Shown here piece by piece: positions 17,448 through 27,656 of a DNA stretch of 31,387 nucleotides (position 1 is its first letter; each line of letters opens with the position of its first letter). The notes under the pieces were generated by a model. That model did not search any database. It was given only the letters and a program-made list of their open reading frames with translations, and was not told the DNA's origin. The translations under genes and the position numbers were made by a program. The stretch comes from an uncultured cyanobacterium (GTDB lineage Bacteria; Cyanobacteriota; Cyanobacteriia; Leptolyngbyales; Leptolyngbyaceae), in contig CAVYAN010000087.1 of the NCBI GenBank assembly GCA_963766075.1, positions 1 to 31,387 of the forward strand. Direction: 5' to 3'.

Positions 17448-20385
17448 TTAACGGTTAGCAACCGCCTTCCTACTATCAATATAGCCCTGCAATTGATGCA
17501 CAATTGTCTGAACATGTGGTTCTTGCAGAATGCCTTGAAAATCACCGGGATTTCCATACACCTTCACCCCGGCTGTGGCCCATTGCCCCCAACCCGCGGG
17601 GGCATCGGCAGAACCCTCACCAGAGCAGACCTCCTGGGGGGCCACCGCTTCCTGAGACTTAAACAGTAAGAGCTCACCCTGAAACTGTGTTTTAGGCATG
17701 TAGGCATCAGCCGCAGCCACATAAACCGACAGGACAGAAATCTTTTGGGCGAATTTGGGGGAGTGCTTTAATCGTGCCGCACAGTATTTGTAAAGCGCCA
17801 TTTTGATCTGGGTTTTTAGCCCCCACCACAGAAGCCTTAATCGGCTATGGTTTTGATGGTCACGTTCCCACTGCCGTCTTTCTTGCATCTCCATTGAATT
17901 CATCAGCATTAGGCAAGGAACCTCGATGCCCTGTTGTTGAAGTTGTAGCGCCATTTCAAAGGCAATCACCCCCCCTGCACAAAACCCACCTAAGTAATAA
18001 GGCCCTTCAGGCTGAATCCTCCGAATTTGCTCAATGTAGTAAGCCGCCATCTCAGGAATCCGCGTGTGCACAATGGGATAACCGCCCCGGCTGTGGGGCT
18101 TAATGGCATATACCGCCATGGTGGGCTGCAATCGCTGGGCTAGGTTGCGATACAACAGAACATCGCCGTTGCCGGGGTGAATCAGGAAGAGCGATCGCGT
18201 CGCACCGGGCGCATTGTTCAACGCCAGCACGGAGTTCGGCCTATCGGCTTTAGCCTCCTCCTCTGCACCAGCGTCAATAAGCTGGGCCAAGGATTCTAGG
18301 GTTGGAGCCTCTAAAAGGCAGGTCAAGGGGAGACGCTTGCCAAAATATTGCTCGATTTGGGCAAAGAGTTCGACCGCCTGGAGCGATGTTCCTCCCAGCT
18401 CAAAGTAATCGTCTGTGATGCTAATCGCATCAATGCCCAACAATTCGGTCCATAGCGCTCCTAGGTCGCTCTCAGTAGCTGTTCGTGGCTGAATCACCAC
18501 CCTGTCTTTAGCGATCGCATCTCCAGAATGTGGAGCGGCAGTACGCTGTAGCGATCGCCGCTGGCTTTGGATCGCCATGAGAATGGCCCGGGGCGTTTGC
18601 AAGTCAGCCGCAATGCGGCCCAATCGCTGGGACTTATTTGGTGCTTTGGTGGGAGTAAGTTTTGAGGCGGCCTGAGGGCTGGCTGTAGGCGACGATGCCA
18701 CGGGAGCCGTGCCCGGTGTATAGGCAATTACGGCGGCAGCTTCTACGGGGAGTTGGAAGCCATGCCCAGAGCCGTTCGGCTGCTGATAGGCTCCGGCTAC
18801 CGCTTCTAGGAAATTGAATGCTGGTCGATTTTTGGGAGTGGGAACATAGTTGAAATGGATTGTCTCCAGAGCCCGTTCTTGGGCGTATTGGGCGAGATAG
18901 CGCACCATATGATGCTCAACACCGCGTCCCAGCACGCGACAGCTTAATAGAAATGTATCAACCGGGAGAGTTGCGCCATCCACCGCAAAGAGCATCAGCC
19001 CGACGAGGCCATAGTCCCCAAAGCGATCGCGCACCGTTACCGCCCGACACTCAACCCCCGCCTGCATCAATTGTTGAATCTCGGCCTCGGTGCGGCGCAG
19101 GGTTGTGCAATTGAACTGGTTCGTCCGCTGAGTGAGTTGCGCCACTCTGGCAAGTTGGGCAGGAGTAGGCTCGGCAATCGCGATCGTCATGTCCAGTTCC
19201 GCCAGAAAATCCTGCATCGTCAGGGCTTGCTGCTGTAAACGCTGACGCTCCATATTTTGCTGATATAGAACAGTCCGTTGCGCATCTTCGGCAGTGGCCT
19301 CTAAATGGTCAAAGGCCCAAACATGGTTTAAAAATTGCCTGCATGTCCCCTTCAATCGGCAACTGCAATGTCAAAACCTCTGGACAGTGGGTGCTTACTT
19401 CAGCACATTCAACTGGATTATCATCAACAAAAATGAAACTATCCAATCCCAGGTTCAATTCAGCCGCTAAGGATTTGATATTCTCCGATTTCGGCAACCA
19501 ATTGATGCGCCATGTCACTAAATGCTCTCGCCGCAAGGGCATGTCTGATCGCTGCTCAAAAACTGGCAGTACATCCGCTTCATTATTTTTACTACACAGG
19601 CATAGCAGCATGCCCGCCTGTTGCTGGGCCCGCATAAATTCCTGCACGGCTTGCCACCGGGGCGAGATATCAATCCCAAAGACGCCATCTTCCCCAATCA
19701 CGCCCTGCCAAAGCGTATTGTCACAGTCCAGGACAATCACCTTATGGGGAGGGGTTTTGATGGCATAAATTTTCCGGGCGAGGCTTGTAGCCAGCGCCGT
19801 GAAAAACTCGGCAGTGAAGGGAATATGGCCCAAGTGGTCGCGCTGCGGATCGTAATACTCTTCTACGGGATAAAGACTCTGCACCGCTTGAAACGGGACA
19901 ACGTGCAGCCCGTTAAGGCCCCTGAGTTCCGTGACGATCTCTTTCTCTATTTGATGGAAAAGTGCCCTTTCCTCGGACTCGGCGGATAAGGTAGCAGCGG
20001 CAGGACAGAGACAAAGAATATACGGTGTTGTTGTACGACTAACGGCTGTCTTCAAAGCCGAAACGAAGTCTTGAGCATTGCGCTTTAGAGTCTTTGACAG
20101 GTCACCAAATTTCCGATTCGATTGATTAAATCGGCACCAGTCTTCCACCCGAAGTAAAATAATATTAACGCCTTGTTGATTCGTGGATAGTAGGCTAGAT
20201 GGGTCTATTAATTGTTGAAAAATTTGATTATAAGGCGCAAATTCAATCGCGGCAGGAATCGCAAGTTTTTCCATCCAGAATAACAATCCTGTTTCAATGG
20301 GCTCAGCGGTAAAACTGGCCGAAATTGCAAGAGTAATCGGGTTATTTTTCTGATGCTTTGAAGAAATCTCGTGAATAGCTTGCAT
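17448..20385 (-). pseudogene. FkbH-like HAD-IIIC/acyltransferase - carrier protein - thioesterase-like fusion (~980 aa), split by one frameshift near 19335-19350
   Basis: ORF 19309..20385 has VLDCDNTLW, CSKN and FVDDNPVEC. ORF 17448..19355 continues with QFLNHVWAFD, RTNQFN, DRFGDYG, FLLSCRVLGRGVE, the carrier motif DYFELGGTSL and the TE-like LFLIHPG / GPYYLGGFCAGG. The overlapping frames join on removing 1 nt, so this may be an intact gene with a sequencing indel. Confidence 0.85.
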
Positions 20386-20442
20386 AGTGATTGATAGCCT
20401 TAACGTGAATGTTTTCTTATTGACCCAGCTTCACATAACAAA

Positions 20443-20460
20443 ATGAAACGAGGATGAAAC
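20443..20460 (-). promoter_or_regulatory. Putative RppA/NrsR-type operator: GTTTCAT-N4-GTTTCAT
   Basis: Perfect 7-bp direct repeat with 11-bp period (ATGAAAC at 20443-20449 and 20454-20460), 57 nt upstream of the fkbH-like start in an AT-rich spacer. Confidence 0.65.
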
Positions 20461-20602
20461 CCATGTCTCGGGCGATTCACTTTATCTAATCTTTAAAATT
20501 CATTCAATGGGCTTGATCATTTAAATATTCTTAACCAATAATTCTGACATTTCAAGACTTTTAAAATATCCTCTAAACCAGCTCCAGAAAGAGCGTACCG
20601 TC

Positions 20603-23600
20603 TCACCACGGATTGCCAATCAACGTAAAAGCAGACCAATAAAACGGATGGCGTAAATCCACTGACTTGGCGATCGCCGCTGGCAAGGGCACTGCCCCAT
20701 GGCCCGTCGTAATCTGGTTCGCCTCGATCCGGACGGTGCCATTCATTAATGCCAACTGAGCCTGCCGGAGCGCCTCAGCGCGGGTGGGGGTCCGCGCCAA
20801 CTGATCATAAAACGCTTCCATCAACGCGAGACTCCCGAAATCGGAAACAGCCCATAGACTGCCCAGCACCGTTCGGACGCCCGCGATCGCCGCCAGTCCA
20901 GCAAAGCCTAACTCAGCATCCGGGCTGCCCACAGCAGTAGTACAGGCACTCAGCACCAGCAGTTCCAGCGGCGGCTGGCTCCAATTGAGCGATTGCATTT
21001 GATCCAGAGTAATTTGGGTATCCCAAAGCTGAATAAATGAGCGGGCGGGCGATCCAGGATTGAACTCAGCATGGGTAGCCAAATGCAGAATCGTTGGATT
21101 TTGCTGGGCCTTGCGCTCCAGGAGATTGGCTAGCGTGAAGCTCTTCATTAAACAGACGTTGACTATCAGGCCGCTGAGCACGGATCAGGTTTAGCTCCAG
21201 CGCAACCGCCGGTAAAGGCTCCAGATGTTGAAAACGATCCGCGCCCGTCGCCAGCAGCGTTTGCCGTCGGAATCGCGCACTCCTAGCGTCCAATAGTCCG
21301 ACACTGGGGATAATGGCCAGCGTGTAGCGGGCGATCAGAAATTCACTGCCCCGCATCATCGCGGCCAACGGTACTGTGCGCAGGCCCGCATCGAGAGAAT
21401 AGACCAAGCTGGTAATCCCCTGTTGCTGCAATTCTGGTTCTAAGGGCGCTAATAGCCAACCATACATCTGTCGTGCTAGGGCCGGATAGCCCTGATCATC
21501 GTCGGGATCAGCCACGGCCAATCGAAACAGGCGGGCTTGGCGAATCACTTCGGCCCGGGTAGCCGAGGTCGAATAGCGACTGATTTTGCCTGTGGGCGTA
21601 ATCAATACTAAATCGAGGCGATTGTCTTCGCTGGGCGATTGCCGCAGCATCGCCCAGGATTCCCCCCATCGGCAGCATTGGCGGCCCCGTCTGCCTCTGC
21701 GGTAGAGGGGCCAACCACAGATGACATCGCCTTCGGCGTAAAGAATGCATAAATAATCGCGGTCTTCACGCCGAACTCCCGATTGACTCGTCTCAGCATT
21801 TCCTGCACCTGTGGCAAGGGCACTGACGCCACGGGCGGTAGCCCAAACTGCTCCACAAACTCACGCCCAAACGACGCATCTAGGGCAATCTCAAGCCTTT
21901 GCTCCTCCGGCCCACCCGCCACCATTTGGGACAGGAGGTCGCTCCGATTGCTCCGCAGGTCATTCCCCCTCAACACCGGCAAGGCCGTGTTTACTCCATT
22001 AAGAGTTGACTCATTGAGAGTTGACCCATTAAAAAAGTTTGTAATATTGGGGGTTGCCCCGTTGAGGGCCAGAGCCTGGTTCAAAGTCCGGGATTGCTCC
22101 TGTGCCGCTCCTGTACCCAAAGCTGCTCCCCCACTGATCCGCCGAGGGTCCCCCCCTAGCGCTACCGGATTCTTGATCGGGCTGGCAAAGGCGATCCCTC
22201 GAAAATTCAACGGGTACAGACTTAAGACGAGTGCGCCACCGGCCCGGTCAAGGGTAACCTCGCCCGTCTGCCAAAACTGCCCCGCGGTTAGGGTCAACGA
22301 TTCTGTACCCAAACCACTGATGATCGGCAGGGTGGCGCTCCCGGTAGCGATCCCGCTGGTCGTCAGGGTGATGTTTGTGCCCCGAGCTAAGCTAGCGACT
22401 AAACTAGCGGGACTCACCCCGGAGCCATCGCTGGCAATCGTCGTATCCATTGGCAGAATCCAGGTCCCGCCGTTCCCACTGGCCGCGCTGGCATCCACGG
22501 TAGCTGCGGGATCCATCAGTAAAGGCACACCCAACGTTTCCACCACGCCACCGCGCCCTAGGTCGCGCCCCTGGGCTATGACCTGACCCAGAATTTGGGT
22601 ACTGCCGGTTGACCACAGCCGAACTGTCCCGCCATCCGGATAGAGGCCAGAATTGAGACCAGAATTCTGGCCACCTAGCCCTACAGCCAGCCCGGAAGCC
22701 GAGATTTGACCACCGACCGTCAGGACACCCGGAGAGGTAGAAATGGGCAGATTGCCAGCGGTGAGCTTAACTAGACCATTCTCCAGCGTCACCCCCGTCG
22801 CACTGGGCAACATACCCCCGGTTAACAGTTGGGGCAAACTTAGCGGGGCGATCGCCGGGTGGCCCAGTCCAGCCGTGCTAATCGGCAGATCCAGACTGAG
22901 CAGGCGATCGGGACTGTCCAATCGCAGCAGTTTGTCTCCCGCCACCGCCACCAGGGTAATGCGACCACTGGGCGCAGACAGCATGCCTGTATTAATCACC
23001 GTCCCCCCTAACAGCGCCAGTCCTTGCCCTGCACTAACCGTCAGGGTACCCGCATTCAAGATCGCGCCGGATTGACCGCTTCTAAAAGCAACTGCACTGG
23101 GCGCTCCTTGCCACTGGCTATAGTCCGGTGGAGAGCCGGGTAACTCTCCGGTACCCCACCAAAGGTTACGGGCAAAATTAACGCCCCAGTCATTACCAAA
23201 CCCGATGGCGCTAGCCGTGGTGGCTGTGAAGGATGCAGGCACATTGAGGCTGGCCAGTGGCCCAAAGACAATCCCCGCTGGATTGATCAAGTAGAGATTG
23301 GCAGGACCACCACTTACCTGAATCCGCCCATTAATAATCGAAGGCTCGCCACCCACCACCCGCCCCAGGATATTTTCAATGCCGGGTGTGGCTAGGAAAT
23401 TAGCAATTTGATTGGGACCCAGCCCTAGGCGCTGAAAACTATGGAACAAGTTGCGACCCGCTGCTGTGCCGCCGCTGATGTCAAATTGATTGCCCTGGGG
23501 TGTGACAATAGTGACACTGTTGGCCGGGGCGATCGCCTGCGCCACCGCCACCGCCATCGGGCTAGCCAAAGTGAGTGTTAGGAGCCAGCAAACCAACACA

Positions 23601-23617
23601 GGAAGACGGTGCAGCAT
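20603..23617 (-). pseudogene. Filamentous-haemagglutinin (TPS) N-terminal domain plus CHAT caspase-like protease, split by two frameshifts (~21665 and ~21141)
   Basis: Signal peptide; NLFHSF, NILGRVVGG and NLYLINPAGIVFG (TPS domain). CHAT motifs MYGWLLAPL, LRTVPLAAM, LHLATHAEF (His), LVLSACTTA (Cys) and HPFYWSAFTLIGNPW are spread over ORFs 21608..23617, 21066..21650 and 20603..21181. Confidence 0.87.
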
Positions 23618-23834
23618 GGCGGTGCAGCATAGAAAAGCTGCGGCAAAAAGGCCGACACCCTAGATTTCGGTCAGGGCTGAGATCATTGGGGCAATTTACT
23701 TTAACCGATGAAGGCATGGGGAGGGGAGGGGGGTGCAATCCCAATTTCGTCCCAAACTTTCCTGCATCGTTCTCCCGGTCTTTTGCTACAGTGACAACGG
23801 CAAGCCCCATCCCCTAGTCGAGAGTCCCTAGACC

Positions 23835-25478
23835 ATGATTTCACTTCAGAAAAAACCTGCGCTTTGGCTCACCGTGGGTACGGCAGTCGGATTGGTGGGA
23901 GGCGGGGCCGCCGCCTACTGGTACGTCACGCAGCAGAGCAGTGGGCCCGCAGAATTGCCCATTGGTGCTGCGGTGGTCCCCCAGGATGCACTGATGACCA
24001 TCACGCTGTCTACTAATGCGGGTCAATGGGAACGTCTGCGAGCCTATGGTACCCCCCAAAGCCAAAAAGCATTGGAACAGGGCCTAAAAGAGCTGAGCGA
24101 TCGCCTCCTCACTGCGAACGGATTTGACTACGATCGCGATGTTAAACCCTGGGTGGGCAAAGAAGTCACCGTGGCCTTTCTGGGAGTTCCTAACCCGCCG
24201 CCGCCTGCGGGTAGCCCTGCCCCCACGGTACAGCAGCAGGCCACAGTTGTCGTCTTGCCCATTCAGGATGCGTTAAAAGCCAAGCAAATCTTCGAGCAGC
24301 CGCAGTCTGGAGCCGCTAAACTCGTAGACCGCACCTATAAGGGAGTCGCCATTAAAGAATCGCCCGCAGGGGCCAAGCAACCCTTTGCTGCCGCCCCCCT
24401 GGATGGCAAACTCCTGGTAGTGACGACGGATCCCAAGGCGATGGATCGGGCGATCGATGCCTATCAAGGCGGTGCGACTCTGGCCACAACTCCTGGCTAT
24501 AGCCAAGCGCTGGGCAAAATCCAGACCCCCAGTCCCTTCGGTCAGATTTTTGTCAATCTGCCCGCCGCCCTAGCCCTGACCACCAGCGGACGCCCCAATC
24601 CCTCGGCCCAGGCCCAGCAGGTCCAGGGATTTGCCGCTACCGCCAGCCTAGAGACAGCGGGCATCCAGTTCAAGAGCGTGTCCTGGCTCAAACCCGATAG
24701 CCAGCGCAAGTATACAGCCCGGAATAATGCCAAAACCATGCCAAGTCTGCTGCCCGACGGCACGCTGATGATGGCATCGGGAGGCAACCTCAAGCAGTTT
24801 TGGCAGGATTACAGTCAGGGCGCGACCGCAAGCCCCATGTCCCCGATCAATCCTGAGGGGTTGCGCAATGGGGTGAAATCCACGCTGAATTTGGATTTCG
24901 ATCAAGATTTAATCGCCTGGATGGATGGGGAGTTTTCCCTGGCGTTGGTGGCGGCTCCGGCGGGTGGCCCGCCGACTTTGCCCTTTGGTCTTCTGTTTAT
25001 GGTACAAGCCAGCGATCGCCGCGCTGCCGAAGCCACGTTTCAAAAACTCGACCAAACGATGGCAGACAAGTACAAATTCAAGGTGGAAGCCGCCAAAATT
25101 GGCAATCAGCCCGTCAGCAACTGGACCCTGGCCAGTGGCGGACCCGCCATTACCCACGGTTGGTTGGACAACAATGTGGCCTTTATCAACTTGCTGGCTC
25201 CGGTGGCAACGACCCTGATTCCGCGCCCTGCCAAGCCGTTAGTGGAAAGCGATCTGTTCCGGGCCACGGTACCGACTCAATTGGATCCGAACAACGGCCA
25301 TTTCTTTGTGAATATGGATGCTGTCAATGCTCAAAAGTTGCCCTTGTTGCAACTGCCGCCGGGGAACCGCGATCTGTTTGCGGCCATTAAGGCGATCGGG
25401 GTCACCGCTGCGGTAAGCGACGAACGGACCACTCGCTATGATGTTTTTGTGACGCTGCAACAGGTTAGCAAGCCGTGA
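23835..25478 (+). CDS. DUF3352 domain protein
   Basis: N-terminal TM anchor; VVPQDALM, DYDRDVKPWVGKEVTVA and DLIAWMDGEFSLAL motifs typical of cyanobacterial DUF3352. Confidence 0.85.
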   Translation: MISLQKKPALWLTVGTAVGLVGGGAAAYWYVTQQSSGPAELPIGAAVVPQDALMTITLSTNAGQWERLRAYGTPQSQKALEQGLKELSDRLLTANGFDYDRDVKPWVGKEVTVAFLGVPNPPPPAGSPAPTVQQQATVVVLPIQDALKAKQIFEQPQSGAAKLVDRTYKGVAIKESPAGAKQPFAAAPLDGKLLVVTTDPKAMDRAIDAYQGGATLATTPGYSQALGKIQTPSPFGQIFVNLPAALALTTSGRPNPSAQAQQVQGFAATASLETAGIQFKSVSWLKPDSQRKYTARNNAKTMPSLLPDGTLMMASGGNLKQFWQDYSQGATASPMSPINPEGLRNGVKSTLNLDFDQDLIAWMDGEFSLALVAAPAGGPPTLPFGLLFMVQASDRRAAEATFQKLDQTMADKYKFKVEAAKIGNQPVSNWTLASGGPAITHGWLDNNVAFINLLAPVATTLIPRPAKPLVESDLFRATVPTQLDPNNGHFFVNMDAVNAQKLPLLQLPPGNRDLFAAIKAIGVTAAVSDERTTRYDVFVTLQQVSKP

Positions 25479-25560
25479 GGATGATCCACGATGGCTTCGG
25501 CTCCGCTCAGTCATCGGGTTCTAGGCTGCAACAGGCTAGCAAGTCGTGAGGATGATCCAC
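25454..25560 (+). repeat. 36-bp direct repeat (34/36) flanking a REP-like hairpin
   Basis: GCTGCAACAGGTTAGCAAGCCGTGAGGATGATCCAC at 25454-25489 and a variant at 25525-25560. The 35-bp spacer contains GATGGCT-TCGGCTCCGCTC-AGTCATC. Confidence 0.85.
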
Positions 25561-25603
25561 CGCATTAATCCAAGGTGCTGACGGCAGGCCAATCATGCCA
25601 ACA

Positions 25604-27061
25604 CTACAGGAGAATGCCTAGATCTTCTGAGGTAATGAGAGAAAGGGTGTGATCATCAAGCTGGTTCAAAGCCGGGGCAATCCGGTTGGCTTGGTTCTCA
25701 AGGCTTTGCTCAAAGAGGGTGCGGGCAAAGCGCCCGTTACCAAATCGGTGATCACGCTGGCTATAGGCCGTTTCAAAGATGGCGGATAGAGCGAGGCGAG
25801 CCGGATGATCGAGGGCATAGTGAGTATCGTGGCAGAATTTCTCGAAAATGTGGGTCAGGTCGTGGGGGGTGTAGTGATCGAGGTGGAACTGGCGGGTGAA
25901 CCGGGACTGTAGACCGGGATTGGATTCCAGGAAGGCAGCCATTTCACGGGTGTAACCGGCCACGATGACGGCAAGGCGATCGCGGTGGTCTTCCATCCGC
26001 TTCAGTAAGACCTGAATCGCTTCGTGTCCATAATCGTTAGCGAAGTGACCCGTAAGGGAGTAGGCTTCGTCGATGAAGAGAACCCCATCCAGGGCGCGTT
26101 CGATCGCATCTTCAACTCGCAAAGCCGTTTGTCCGATATAACCGCCGATCAGTCCGGCGCGATCGACTTCAACCACATGCCCTTTCTGTAGACAGCCGAG
26201 TTGTTTGTAGAGGCGACCGACTAGGCGAGAGAGGGTAGTTTTGCCGGTGCCGGGGGGACCACAGAGAACAAGGTGGAGGGGAAGATTGGTTGATGGCAGG
26301 CCGCGCTGCTGACGTTCGGTTTGGACTTTGAGAAAGTTGGCTAGGGTGACAAACTGTTGCTTCGTTTGCGTGTGCCCCACAAAGGCGTTGAGGTCAGCAA
26401 AGACGGTTTCTAGGGAGTCGTTGGGCAGGGGCAGGTGTTCGGCGCAGGTTGCCTGAAGTTCCTTGCGTGTGGATGTGTTGGTCTGGGTGCCGGTGTCGGG
26501 AATCGTGATGATGACGCTGTGGACTTTGATTTTGATATTGCTGTAAATAATAAAGCCAAAGCGTGAACCGGAGATTTCTGAATCCACGGCCAGTTTCTCA
26601 ACCAGTAGGCTATTGATATAAAACTCTAAGACCTCTCCGTTGCGGCGAATTTCGAGAACATTGATGGCATTGGCGGGTTTGAGGTGGCTGCAACAGTGCC
26701 GCCAGGGTACACAATCTTGATCGATACCGTCTTTTATCTTGCTGATTCGATAGTAGGAGTCAGAGATGACAAACGCGCGATAATTGTTGACATCTGAAAG
26801 TTGCCAGACAACGCCGAATCCACAATTGGGGCCTTGCAGTTTTTCCAGAACAACCTGCATCCGGAAGTTTGGGTTGTCGTAGAAATCGTCACCCTCTGCT
26901 GAGGTCCATACTAACTGAGATCCAGATGCGCGGTAGTGTTCAAATAGATAGTAATGCGGACCGAGTTGAGTAGCCGATTCCTTGAATTCCCCGATCGGCC
27001 ATTGATTGCGGTTGTCTGGGAAGTTCTCTTCAACTACGACCTTTGATGACTGAGCTGCCAT
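25604..27061 (-). CDS. AAA+ ATPase (CbbX/SpoVK/EccA clade) with N-terminal beta-sandwich (ConA/DUF1080-like) domain
   Basis: HLVLCGPPGTGKTT (Walker A), GYIGQTA, VLFIDEAY (Walker B), SNPGLQSRF and FGNGRFAR. The N-terminal ~190 aa are alternating beta-strands (GFGVVW, NVLEIRRNGEVLEFYIN). Confidence 0.9.
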   Translation of the reverse strand: MAAQSSKVVVEENFPDNRNQWPIGEFKESATQLGPHYYLFEHYRASGSQLVWTSAEGDDFYDNPNFRMQVVLEKLQGPNCGFGVVWQLSDVNNYRAFVISDSYYRISKIKDGIDQDCVPWRHCCSHLKPANAINVLEIRRNGEVLEFYINSLLVEKLAVDSEISGSRFGFIIYSNIKIKVHSVIITIPDTGTQTNTSTRKELQATCAEHLPLPNDSLETVFADLNAFVGHTQTKQQFVTLANFLKVQTERQQRGLPSTNLPLHLVLCGPPGTGKTTLSRLVGRLYKQLGCLQKGHVVEVDRAGLIGGYIGQTALRVEDAIERALDGVLFIDEAYSLTGHFANDYGHEAIQVLLKRMEDHRDRLAVIVAGYTREMAAFLESNPGLQSRFTRQFHLDHYTPHDLTHIFEKFCHDTHYALDHPARLALSAIFETAYSQRDHRFGNGRFARTLFEQSLENQANRIAPALNQLDDHTLSLITSEDLGILL

Positions 27062-27109
27062 AGGAAAAGTCTGCTCCTGTTGGTGAAATAGGGATCAAAG
27101 TGGGGATGG

Positions 27110-27478
27110 CTATGCCTGTTCGTAACGGATTTGGAAGCGATCGGTGGCGGAGTGGCGGTGTTCGTTGTAGCGGCGATCGATCCTCGTACCATTACGTTCC
27201 TGGATGAATGAGATTACTACAGGGCAGGCGGTGGCTTGAATCTCGATAGTTTCATGTTTGGTTCTGATGCCGGGGGCAATTTCGGTCCAGTCGGGTTCCC
27301 AAACGGCGGCGATGGTCTGGCCAGTGCGATCGACGATCGCTGCGACTGATAGGGTAGATAATTCGCCGCCGTCATCAAACTGGTTGAGATAATACTTGGA
27401 TTCCAAGGTGAGGGTCAGGGTCGTGTCGATGGTTTGGTGTTTTGGCTGGGAAGGTTCTGGTCTTGAAGTCTGGGTCAT
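27110..27478 (-). CDS. Hypothetical beta-rich protein (122 aa)
   Basis: ATG at 27478 with an AGAGGT RBS; co-oriented, ending 48 nt upstream of the AAA+ gene. Confidence 0.7.
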   Translation of the reverse strand: MTQTSRPEPSQPKHQTIDTTLTLTLESKYYLNQFDDGGELSTLSVAAIVDRTGQTIAAVWEPDWTEIAPGIRTKHETIEIQATACPVVISFIQERNGTRIDRRYNEHRHSATDRFQIRYEQA

Positions 27479-27656
27479 GGTACACCTCTGGGTTAATATG
27501 CGGGTTAGGGTTTTGCGGGTGAATGGCGCGCCCGCCGTTAGGGCTGTGACTGCTCTCCGCCCGCAGTTGTTGGTCGATGGACTCAAGAATGGCATGGGGA
27601 ATTGCAACGGCGCAGGGAGTGAAGCAAATTTTACAAGGGGTGAGCGGGCGGAGCTG

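Noticed and set aside
17448..20385. Part of a larger NRPS/PKS cluster
   Set aside because: No KS, AT, C or A domains in the flanking genes; the module stands alone in this window.
21783..22586. 267-aa plus-strand ORF
   Set aside because: Antisense shadow of the TPS passenger region; no motifs.
25454..25560. CRISPR mini-array (36-bp repeat, 35-bp spacer)
   Set aside because: Only two repeats; the first is the coding 3' end of DUF3352, the spacer is a REP hairpin, and there are no cas genes or leader.
25604..27061. Rubisco activase CbbX or type VII secretion EccA
   Set aside because: Same AAA+ clade, but it has an unrelated N-terminal domain and there are no rbc or ESX genes nearby.
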